NCBI GenBank assembly: GCA_044892525.1
Contig: CM097885.1
Location: forward strand, 29,886,001 to 29,950,000
Direction of reading: 5' to 3'
DNA from: Schmidtea polychroa
Taxonomy: Eukaryota
Length of the DNA: 64,000 nucleotides
Shown piece by piece: positions 37,611 to 46,633 of this stretch. Below the pieces are notes generated by a model that was not told the origin of the DNA, ran no database searches, and saw nothing but the letters and a program-made list of their open reading frames with translations. The translations under genes and the position numbers were made by a program. Positions within the stretch are counted from its first letter, which is position 1; the number at the start of each line of letters is the position of its first letter.

Positions 37611-38250
37611 TGAGGATGTCAACTAGCAAGTTGCTATTTGACTAATTTATAATTTTATAAATCTTAATCTTGAAGAATAAAAAATTTTATGAAAATAGTA
37701 AAACTGCTCTGAGAGGACAGTGGTTTTTTTTTTTTTTTTTTTTTTTTTTCACTGTCCTCTCAACAGTTTTTTTTGATCCGGATCATTTTTTTTTTTATTT
37801 CAACCTCTTTCGTTTATCAAATCTCTTCCAATATACAAGCTGGCCAGACTTATATATCAGAATCAATTCGATAATAGCAGCACACCTTATTATTCGCTTC
37901 TCGCTCACGAAGTCGATTTCATCGGCGTTTTAAGTGTACTGCTCGAAAGTACAAATGAATTCGAAAGCGAATCCGAAAGAGGTCCGAAAACAACCAAGAA
38001 ATAAATGTGCACATTATAGAATCGATCCGGGGGTGTTCGAAAGACTGGTGGCGATAATTACCGGTTCGCCACCATCACCCGTTTCAATATTTTTTTTTTC
38101 ATATTTATGTTTAAAAATTAATTAATTAATAAATAAATAAAATAAACAAGATTTATTTCCTAAGATACCCACACTATATATTTTTTTAATATTTATTTTC
38201 AAAAATTATTTTCAATATTATTTTCAAATTTTTAATATTATTTTATGTTG

Positions 38251-38332
38251 AAAAAAAACTAACCTCAGATGTGATTTGAACCACTAGCATTTGAACCACA
38301 ATGCCAGTCTATTCCCACTGCGCTATCGGAGT
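38251..38332 (-). ncRNA. Putative Pol III tRNA-like small RNA cassette 1
   Basis: On -: A box TAGCGCAGTGG, B box GGTTCAAATC, T8 terminator. Confidence 0.5.
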
Positions 38333-38483
38333 TCGGATTTTCGTCACTTTTTAAATTTTTAATTAATAAAAAAATAAAATAAAATAAATAAAATAAAATA
38401 AAAATAAATAAAATAAAATATAAATCTAAGATACCCACACCATTTTCAATATTATTTTCAAATTTTTAATATTATTTTATGTT

Positions 38484-38566
38484 AAAAAAAACTAACCGTA
38501 GTTAGGATTTGAACCGCTATCCATTTGAACCACAATGCCAGTCTATTCCCACTGCGCTATCGGAGT
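38484..38566 (-). ncRNA. Putative Pol III tRNA-like small RNA cassette 2
   Basis: On -: A box TAGCGCAGTGG (38549-38559), B box GGTTCAAATCC (38505-38515), T8 terminator (38484-38491). Confidence 0.55.
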
Positions 38567-38603
38567 TCGGATTTTTGTCATTTTTTAACTTTTTATTATA
38601 AAA

Positions 38604-39899
38604 ATGAATAATATAAATCTTAAAATTCAAGAAAAAAATAAATTAAATCTTGATTATAATAAAGAATTTACTCATGAAATAAAAAAAATCGATATTTTAA
38701 AAATCTCTCCAACTTCAGGATCTATTGCAAACTTAAATCGTAAGGGTGATATAGTTTTTCAATCTCTTCAAACATCAAACCCAATAGATATTTGTAATGC
38801 CAAATTATATTATAAAATTGAATTAGAAATTGAAGCAAACAAAGATATAACCCTAGAAAACAATTTCTTTCCAAATTTATTCTCCAACATGAGATTAAAA
38901 CTAGGATCATCAGAAATTGAAACTGTTTTACATCCAGGAGTATATTCTACAAAGTTAAATTTTATTTTGACTGGTTGTGATTATAAAAATGAATATGGTG
39001 AATTAACAGGTTGGATTCCTGATGTTAATAAAGGAGATTTAGATAAAGATGGTTTGGATATAAATTATGTTTACTATAAAAGAGCTGAACTTTATAAATC
39101 TAAAAAATTTGAAGGTTATTTTGAATTAAAACACTTGTTCGGATTCCTTCAAAACTATAACCGGGTGCTCCATAATGTTTTTATAGAACTCATCTGTAAT
39201 AGACTAGAAGGTGATAAAAGATTGTTCTATGGAGCTGCAGATACAAAAGCTAAATTAAAATTATCAACACTTGAATTGCATATACCTGAATGGACATTAA
39301 ATCCACATTCTGAAATCAAACTCCTTGAAAGATTAAATTCCAACAAGTCTATAAATGTAAATTATTTAAATAGAATCTGTAGTGAATTTAGTATCACAGA
39401 GGGTTCAACATATTCTATAAAGGTGGCAAATTTAGCATACCGACCAAGATATATCTTGATTGGATTCAAAGAAGTAGATTCATCTTTCCAAAAAAATAAC
39501 AACTTGTTTATTCAAAAGATTGGAAATGATAATTTAAAAACAATCCAAATTCAATTAAATAGTTCTTATTATCCAATAAATAGAATGGAATTTAATATTG
39601 AAAATAATGAAAACATATTCCCATATCTAAATTATATTGAAACATGTTATGATTTCAAAGTTGAACCGCAATTAAGTTTAGAAGATTTCAAAAATTTATA
39701 TTCTATATTTTGTATAAATGTTTCAGACCAAGATGATCGCCTAGCCATAAATAATGTTGATGTTACACTTCATGTAACAAAGGATTCTAATTTTAAAGCT
39801 AAAGTATATACATTAATATTAGAAGAAAAGAAAATAGAAATGAAATTATATGGTGGAAAGATTTCAATTATTGAAAATGTTAGGGGAGATTCTTCATAA
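38604..39899 (+). CDS. Polinton major capsid protein (double jelly-roll, putative)
   Basis: 431 aa with Polinton MCP-like pieces (LENNF..NLFS, L.HLFGF, RPRYILIGF, LNS..YP) and a fitting gene context. Confidence 0.8.
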   Translation: MNNINLKIQEKNKLNLDYNKEFTHEIKKIDILKISPTSGSIANLNRKGDIVFQSLQTSNPIDICNAKLYYKIELEIEANKDITLENNFFPNLFSNMRLKLGSSEIETVLHPGVYSTKLNFILTGCDYKNEYGELTGWIPDVNKGDLDKDGLDINYVYYKRAELYKSKKFEGYFELKHLFGFLQNYNRVLHNVFIELICNRLEGDKRLFYGAADTKAKLKLSTLELHIPEWTLNPHSEIKLLERLNSNKSINVNYLNRICSEFSITEGSTYSIKVANLAYRPRYILIGFKEVDSSFQKNNNLFIQKIGNDNLKTIQIQLNSSYYPINRMEFNIENNENIFPYLNYIETCYDFKVEPQLSLEDFKNLYSIFCINVSDQDDRLAINNVDVTLHVTKDSNFKAKVYTLILEEKKIEMKLYGGKISIIENVRGDSS

Positions 39900-41305
39900 G
39901 TAGATTCCCCCATAAAAAAACTTTTAAAATAAGTAAATATTGGAGATGCGAAACTTGTAATTGTCAAGTTACTAGACATCACAAAGCAAGTCATCTCAAA
40001 ACTAAAAAACATATAGGAGGCGATATTACACGAACAGGAGGTGATCTACAATCTTCAAAAACAACATCTACAATATTAAAACCTTTTACTACAGAAAAAT
40101 ATCCAGGTGAAAGACATTTATTCCGTCACAATTATACTGGACCAGGAACAAGATTAGATATTAGATTAGATGAAAATAATAATCCTAAACAAGGAGAAAA
40201 ACCAATAAATAGAATTGATCAAGCAGCTTTAAAACATGACATTGCTTACAACTCTGAAGATCTTAGAGATAGACATGTTGCTGATGTGAATTTAATACAT
40301 GATTTAAATAATATACAAAATCCATCAAGCAAGGAAAAGATTCAAAGAGCTCTAGTTAAATTAGCAATGAAAGGTAAGATTTTCATAGGAGCAGGACTTC
40401 CTAGAAAAGCAAAAGATGTTGCTAATAAAAGGATTATTGAACAAGCAGACGTTGAAAGATCCCTTGAGAATCAACTCTTTGAGAATAAACCCTTACAAAC
40501 CCCAACAGAATCACAAATAAAATATGCCAACGAATTACACCATGAATTTAGAAAAAATAAAAAATATTTAAAAGTTCAAGTATATGAAAAAGATCAAACA
40601 TGGTCTGCTGATTTAGTCTTTATGCCCAAATCATCAGACCCTGAAAAATATAAAATAATTTTAACAGTAATAGATTTATATACAAGATTTGCTTTTGCAA
40701 GGTGTTTAGAAAATAAAACAGGATATTCAATTACAGAAGCATTTGAAAATATATTTGAACAACATCAAAGAATTCCAAAATATTTATGGTGTGATAAAGG
40801 AACAGAATTTTATAACAAAGTTTTTACAAAGTTTTTAAATGAAAATGATATTAAATTATATTCAACAGAAAACGAAGGAAAAGCAGTTGTGGTTGAAAGA
40901 TTAAATAGAACATTAAAAAATAAAATGTGGAAATATTTTACTGCTATTGGAAAACAAAAATGGAACAATGAATTGTTACAAAAGATTGTAAATGAATATA
41001 ATAATGATGTACATAGTTCTATAAAATCAACACCTTTAAATGCTTCCTTGAATCCTGAAACAGTTAAAGTAATAAATGTTGATACAACCCCTATAAAACC
41101 AAAATTTAAAATTGGTGACCGCGTAAGAATATTTAAATATAAAAATAAATTTGAAAAAGGATTCACAGCAAAATGGACAAATGAAATTTTTATTATAAAT
41201 AAAATACATCATACAACTCCAATAACATATGGTATCATCGATTTAAATAATGAAAAAATATTAGGTAGATTTTATAATAATGAACTACAGAAAACAGATT
41301 TTTAA
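39884..41305 (+). CDS. Polinton retroviral-like integrase with in-frame N-terminal C2H2 finger and parvovirus-type PLA2 domain; start codon unresolved
   Basis: Frame is open from 39884: CETC…H…H, NYTGPGT…DQAALKHDIAY, then DDE core (WSADL, CDKGTEF, VERLNRT) and KFKIGDRVRI. Confidence 0.88.
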   Translation, partial: GRFFISRFPHKKTFKISKYWRCETCNCQVTRHHKASHLKTKKHIGGDITRTGGDLQSSKTTSTILKPFTTEKYPGERHLFRHNYTGPGTRLDIRLDENNNPKQGEKPINRIDQAALKHDIAYNSEDLRDRHVADVNLIHDLNNIQNPSSKEKIQRALVKLAMKGKIFIGAGLPRKAKDVANKRIIEQADVERSLENQLFENKPLQTPTESQIKYANELHHEFRKNKKYLKVQVYEKDQTWSADLVFMPKSSDPEKYKIILTVIDLYTRFAFARCLENKTGYSITEAFENIFEQHQRIPKYLWCDKGTEFYNKVFTKFLNENDIKLYSTENEGKAVVVERLNRTLKNKMWKYFTAIGKQKWNNELLQKIVNEYNNDVHSSIKSTPLNASLNPETVKVINVDTTPIKPKFKIGDRVRIFKYKNKFEKGFTAKWTNEIFIINKIHHTTPITYGIIDLNNEKILGRFYNNELQKTDF

Positions 41306-41316
41306 GTCGACAAGCC

Positions 41317-42096
41317 CTAAAATAAACTTTTCCACATTTCAGCTTCTTCTCTATCCAAATAAATATAATTATATTTTTCTTTCCAATGATTATCAACAAA
41401 CATATCAAACATATTCTTATCAGGTTCAACATTTGAAAATAAATCATTATAAATCATATTCTTATCACGCTTGTCTAATTTAAAAAATATAAAACAATTA
41501 GAATTATTTCTTATAGAGTTTTTATCTAAATCATAATATGTTTGAGATATATAAATAACATTACAATTATTATGTCTACCTCGTGTAAAGTAACTCTTTT
41601 GAATCTCTTGATTTTTCATGTTAACAACATCATCAAATATAACTAGATTCTTTTTATCTTTAGGAAGTAAATCACAATGTAAAACATCTTCAGGTTTATT
41701 AGAGAATAAGATCTGGATTCCATCCCCTATATAATCATTTTTATTACTAATATCTGATTCTAAAATCTTTTCCTTGTACCAATCAACCATATCACAAGGA
41801 TGAAAAACCTCTTCGGGATATGTATGTTGATTTTTAAAAATATCAATTATAGCTTTTTTAGTTAATTTATTTTCAAATCCACATTTCAAAAGTTGTAATT
41901 CCGGTTGGTTAATGGTTGTAGAATAAAAGATTAAATTATTATAATCCAAAAAACCATCTTCTAATAACATTCTCATAAGAAGAACATTCTTTCCACATCC
42001 AGAAGATCCAATAATTAAGCATCTAAAATTATCAGGAAATACTTTATTATTAAATTTAGATTTATGTCTATTTAAAATTGGTTTCCAAGTATCCAT
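41317..42096 (-). CDS. Packaging ATPase (A32/FtsK-like)
   Basis: GSSGCGKN, LVIFDD, RGRH…ISQ. Confidence 0.9.
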   Translation of the reverse strand: MDTWKPILNRHKSKFNNKVFPDNFRCLIIGSSGCGKNVLLMRMLLEDGFLDYNNLIFYSTTINQPELQLLKCGFENKLTKKAIIDIFKNQHTYPEEVFHPCDMVDWYKEKILESDISNKNDYIGDGIQILFSNKPEDVLHCDLLPKDKKNLVIFDDVVNMKNQEIQKSYFTRGRHNNCNVIYISQTYYDLDKNSIRNNSNCFIFFKLDKRDKNMIYNDLFSNVEPDKNMFDMFVDNHWKEKYNYIYLDREEAEMWKSLF

Positions 42097-42112
42097 TTTT
42101 ATTTATTATAAA

Positions 42113-42718
42113 ATGACAACACAAAACCCTACAGAGGAATCTTTGCAAGAATTAATAAATTCAAATAAAAATAAATCAGTAGTAATCTCTGGTAAAAAAT
42201 ATTTTATTGGAAAACATGTAAAAGAACAAGTTAAAGAACATATAGGGAGTTCCTCCAAATCCGGAGGTATTCTTCCATTAGCTGCTTTAATACCTGCAAT
42301 CATTGCCGGACTATCAGGTGCTGCTGGAATAGCTGGAGGAATTGCAACTACAGTTCAAAAAGCTAAAGAATCTCAAAAGACAGACCTAGAAAAAGAAAAA
42401 CTACAAACTGAAATCGATTCAATGAAGAAGGATCAAGCTAAAGGGGGAGTGTCCGTTGGAAAGGGTCTCTATCTTAATCCATATGAGGGGAGTCTGCAAA
42501 AGTCTCAGGGAAGGGGTCTCTATCTTGATCCTTATAAAGGCCGTGGTTTAAATGATTTTTTAAAAAATCAAATTTCATCATCTGAATCTTTATCTTCAAA
42601 AGATAAAGATGATTTTAAAAAAATATGTAAATCTTTAAAGAATGGATGTCTTTGTAAAATTAAAAATGGTAAAGGTTTATACTTGAAACCCTTTCCAACG
42701 GATCCTTTACCAAAATGA
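42113..42718 (+). CDS. Putative virion core/membrane-active protein resembling adenovirus pX
   Basis: GGILPLAALIPAIIAGL…GIA and repeated G(K/R)GLYL motifs. Confidence 0.6.
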   Translation: MTTQNPTEESLQELINSNKNKSVVISGKKYFIGKHVKEQVKEHIGSSSKSGGILPLAALIPAIIAGLSGAAGIAGGIATTVQKAKESQKTDLEKEKLQTEIDSMKKDQAKGGVSVGKGLYLNPYEGSLQKSQGRGLYLDPYKGRGLNDFLKNQISSSESLSSKDKDDFKKICKSLKNGCLCKIKNGKGLYLKPFPTDPLPK

Positions 42719-42740
42719 TACCATTTTTAATACCATTAAA

Positions 42741-43538
42741 ATGGTATATGAAGAAAGATTAGCACTTTTAAAAAAATTACAATCAGAACAAGATAAATAT
42801 AATAAAAAAGATACAACTCAACACGCTGAATCTATAATATTAAATGAGGTAATCCAACAACAGCAAGGACCAACAATTAAAGCCATAAAAGAGTTAGAAG
42901 TTTTAAAATTTAAAGAGTTGGAAGATAAACAAGATTTAAAAGAATTACCATGGTTGGAAGATTTAAATATAAAACCTCTTATACTTGATCCTAAAATTAA
43001 TGTGAGTTTAAGTAAAACAATTAAACCTACATTTAATATTAATGTTGAAGGATATCAAATAATAACAATTAATAAACATGACTTTCTGTTATATTTAAAT
43101 TCAGAAAATAAATCACGTATTCATTCACAAAATGTTTATAATACTAAACACCTAGATTTTGAATTTACAGATGATTTTTATGGATTAGTTTGTGGATATC
43201 CCTCAGAGAATGTTGATCTTCTAGAAATTAAAAAATATTTAAATTTAATAGAATTAGTACATGGTAGTGCTAAAGCAAAACATATTCAAGATTTAAAGAA
43301 ATATTTAAATAAAAATGAAAGGGGTTATATTGTCACAGAAGGAGAGGGCCAGGGTCAGGGCCAGGGAAAGGGTAAGGAGATAAACCCAATCAATCTTTTT
43401 ATTGAATTAAGAAAACTATTAGCAGCTAAAAAAGCAGGACATAATAATTTAGATTCTGATATTTTAAAGATTTCTAAAGAATTATTAAAACAAGGAATAA
43501 TTTCAAAAGATAAATTTAATAAGTATACGAAGTTATAA
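42741..43538 (+). CDS. Polinton hypothetical protein
   Basis: 265-aa ORF; C-terminal LRKLLAAKKAGHN…I.KEL motif after a GxG linker. Confidence 0.65.
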   Translation: MVYEERLALLKKLQSEQDKYNKKDTTQHAESIILNEVIQQQQGPTIKAIKELEVLKFKELEDKQDLKELPWLEDLNIKPLILDPKINVSLSKTIKPTFNINVEGYQIITINKHDFLLYLNSENKSRIHSQNVYNTKHLDFEFTDDFYGLVCGYPSENVDLLEIKKYLNLIELVHGSAKAKHIQDLKKYLNKNERGYIVTEGEGQGQGQGKGKEINPINLFIELRKLLAAKKAGHNNLDSDILKISKELLKQGIISKDKFNKYTKL

Positions 43539-43560
43539 ATACGAAGTTATAAAATATAAA

Positions 43561-43992
43561 ATGACTCCTTCAATATTAGATTTTTTAAAAACATTTGGAA
43601 TAAATACAAAAACAAATTTTGATTTAAAAGATTATGCAGATTATTTAAATTTAAAAATAAAAATATTAATGAATGATGAATTGTCGAGTCTGAAAGAAGA
43701 CACTCCAAAGAATATCATTATAAATTATCAAAATTCAAATGAAAAAGGATCTCATTGGGTTTGTATATATAATAAATCTATATACTTTGATTCTTTTGGG
43801 ATTAAACCCACTAAAGAAGTTGAAGACTATCTCTCGGACTACACTTTTAATTCTTTACAAGTTCAACCTAATAATACTAAAATATGTGGTATTTTAAGCT
43901 TATATGTTTTGTATAGATTGAATAAATCCAAAGGAGAAGGTTTCACTTCCTTAATCCAAGAAATTTATAATGATTTAAAATCTATACTATGA
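43561..43992 (+). CDS. Adenain-like maturation cysteine protease
   Basis: GSHWV, YFDSFG, QVQ…CG. Confidence 0.9.
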   Translation: MTPSILDFLKTFGINTKTNFDLKDYADYLNLKIKILMNDELSSLKEDTPKNIIINYQNSNEKGSHWVCIYNKSIYFDSFGIKPTKEVEDYLSDYTFNSLQVQPNNTKICGILSLYVLYRLNKSKGEGFTSLIQEIYNDLKSIL

Positions 43993-44759
43993 AAATGGAG
44001 CTTCGCAACCTTCCGGAAGATAATTTTAAAAAAATGGTAAACATAATGTCAGATAAATATTCAAGAACTTTATCTATAAATTCAAAAGAATCAGACTTTA
44101 CTATAAACTTTCAAGATTCAATTAAATTAGATCAAAATTTAAATTATGAATTAGGACTATTATGGTTTTGTGCTTATAATACTATTTTTAATATAACTAA
44201 AGATAATAACATATTTTATTATATAAGCCCAAAATCTACAGATAAGATTATAATAACAATCGAACCCTGAGCTTATGAGATAAAAGATTTAAATAATATA
44301 CTTTCTAAAAAAACAAATGGAGTCATTAAAATTAAAATGGATTTACCAACTTCAAAATGTATAATGACTTTAGAGAATATAGGAATTCATTTTCAAAATA
44401 ATAGTTTTTTTAGAACAATTTTAGGATTTACACGAAACCATTATATCACACCTGTAGTTGAGAATATAACATCAGAAAATATTATAAAAATAATAAATAC
44501 AAACACAATAAATATTCATTGCGATTGTATAACTGGTTCTTATAATAATGGTAAACAAACAAATGTTTTATATTCCTTTCTCTCAAACACAGTTCCTATG
44601 GGATATAAAATAGTTGAAAGAATGAATCCTCCAAATTATTTACCTTTATGTAGAAAATATATAATGGATATTAATTTTAAAATTCTTAATCAAGAAGGAG
44701 AATTGATTGATTTTAATGGAGAAGAGATTTCAATGTATTTACATTTGAAACAGGTCTGA
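43989..44759 (+). pseudogene. Minor capsid (penton-like) protein with an in-frame TGA at 44268-44270
   Basis: ORFs 43989 and 44337 share a frame (IEP*AYEI, probably GGA>TGA). C-terminus reads IHCD.I.GSY.NG…NQEGELIDFNGEEI. Confidence 0.8.
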
Positions 44760-44863
44760 GGAAGTCACAAGGGGGAGAAGGACTAAAAGGGAGAAGGGGG
44801 AGAAGGACTAACGAAGTGTACAAAGGGGGAGAGGAATTCTCAAGTATTTTAATCCCCTAATAA

Positions 44864-45874
44864 ATGAGTTCTTATATTCCATGTAATAGAGGTGGTGGAA
44901 CAATAAAAACAGGGTTTAATACAGAAGAAATATTAACTTTAACAGAAAATAAATATATTAATGAAAGAGGTGATTCAATGAAGGGTGATTTAAGTATGAA
45001 TGCACACAAGATAAAAGATTTATCTTTTCCAGTTGATAATCTCGATGCAGTTAATAAGAAATATGTAGATGGTGTTAAAAAATATACTGATTTAACAACA
45101 ACAAGAATTGAAAGTTCATTAACAACAAAAATTGATTCAATGGAATCAAAGCTTAATAATATCGAACAACGATTTAATGATAAATTTGACAAGTTACAAA
45201 GTCTGTTAACTGAACAAGTTGTAAAGTTAAATACTAGCATATTAAATTCTAAAGATAAACAAATTATTAATACTAAATTTAATACAATATATAATATAAT
45301 AAATGAGATGATTACATCATTTAATAAAAGAATTTCAAATTTAGAGTCTCATGGAACACACATTAACACCACACATAGTATTAGAAAAAGAGCTGCTGAA
45401 TTAGAACAGAATAAAACATTATTACCCCATACATATAAACATTTTATAGAACCAAGTTTAATAACAACAAACAGTAAAGAATGGGGTGTTTTTATGGTTG
45501 TAAAGATTATTGATCCTTATTTCTTTTTGTTTGATGATGATAATGAAAGAATGAAATGGTTTGTGAAATGTGATTATAATAGTAAGCTTGAAAAGGGTGA
45601 TGTTATAATGACTAGTTATGATTTACCACACGGAGATTGGTATGTTAATACTCATTCACATGGACTACATAAAGTTAAAAGTAAGAATATTATTTTTAAA
45701 AGCACACTTGTGGATTATATAGATTTAATATTTTATGAAAAAAAGGTTGATGTTGATGAAGTTCGTAAAGCATTGATGGAATTGTATAAAGATATTCTCT
45801 CAACAAGAGTTTCTTTTGATATCCGAGTATTGGTACCAGATGGTGCTCAGAAGAATAAAGTCTTATTTTTTTAA
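44864..45874 (+). CDS. Putative fibre/spike-like protein
   Basis: GDLSMN..KI.DL..P….DAVNKKYVD motif, a coiled coil and a globular C-terminus. Confidence 0.55.
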   Translation: MSSYIPCNRGGGTIKTGFNTEEILTLTENKYINERGDSMKGDLSMNAHKIKDLSFPVDNLDAVNKKYVDGVKKYTDLTTTRIESSLTTKIDSMESKLNNIEQRFNDKFDKLQSLLTEQVVKLNTSILNSKDKQIINTKFNTIYNIINEMITSFNKRISNLESHGTHINTTHSIRKRAAELEQNKTLLPHTYKHFIEPSLITTNSKEWGVFMVVKIIDPYFFLFDDDNERMKWFVKCDYNSKLEKGDVIMTSYDLPHGDWYVNTHSHGLHKVKSKNIIFKSTLVDYIDLIFYEKKVDVDEVRKALMELYKDILSTRVSFDIRVLVPDGAQKNKVLFF

Positions 45875-45882
45875 TTATTAAA

Positions 45883-46473
45883 ATGGAAGAAGTAAGAGAA
45901 GAAAAAATTTACCCAGAATTGCGATCATCAGGATATTATTCTTCCAAGGCCTCGGCTCCCACAGAACTTGAAATTATGAGAGTAAAAGAATTTAAATCAG
46001 AAACCTTACATTTACAAGATTTATTAAAGCATTATAAAAAAATTAAAAATAGATGGAATAAAGGGAATACAGTTTTAAAAGTTATAGGTTATTCTTTAGG
46101 ATTTGCATCTGCAATATTAACAGTTATTTTACCCATAACTTTACCAGTTGTTACTCTTGCACCTGTAATACTTGGAAGTATTTCTGTAGCTGATGGTTTC
46201 TTAACTGAAATAGTTTCATTATCTTATACTTCTAAAAAGAAAAGTTTATATAGAGAAGTTTGTTTATCAATAGAATTAGGAATCTCTAAATTATTTTTAT
46301 TTCAATTAAAAGCTTTGGAAGATGGAATCCTAACAGACGAAGAAATAATGAAATCAAATCAAATAATACAAGATATTAAAAATGAGGTTATAAGATTAAA
46401 AAGTGCTAATGTTATAAGTAATGAATATTCTAAAAATATTAAACGAGAGAAGTGGCTAAAGAATCATACATAA
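45883..46473 (+). CDS. Predicted membrane protein with a central hydrophobic hairpin
   Basis: VIGYSLGFASAILTVILPITLPVVTLAPVILGSISV flanked by helical segments. Confidence 0.65.
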   Translation: MEEVREEKIYPELRSSGYYSSKASAPTELEIMRVKEFKSETLHLQDLLKHYKKIKNRWNKGNTVLKVIGYSLGFASAILTVILPITLPVVTLAPVILGSISVADGFLTEIVSLSYTSKKKSLYREVCLSIELGISKLFLFQLKALEDGILTDEEIMKSNQIIQDIKNEVIRLKSANVISNEYSKNIKREKWLKNHT

Positions 46474-46633
46474 AAAAATTTATTGCCCTTCAAAAGGTTG
46501 ATGTTGTCACTCTTAAATTAATTGTTGACATTTTTAAAAGAAAAAAATCATTTGATAGAATCTGATGTTAACTTTTCGAAATTAGTTTTTAGAACCTCTT
46601 TATGATCTTTAAATTCTTTATCATTTAGACCTT

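Noticed and set aside
37670..38125. Two short ORFs in the Polinton left arm
   Set aside because: Non-ATG starts, low complexity and no motifs.
38484..38566. Functional tRNA-His
   Set aside because: Promoter boxes are present but the acceptor and anticodon stems do not pair.
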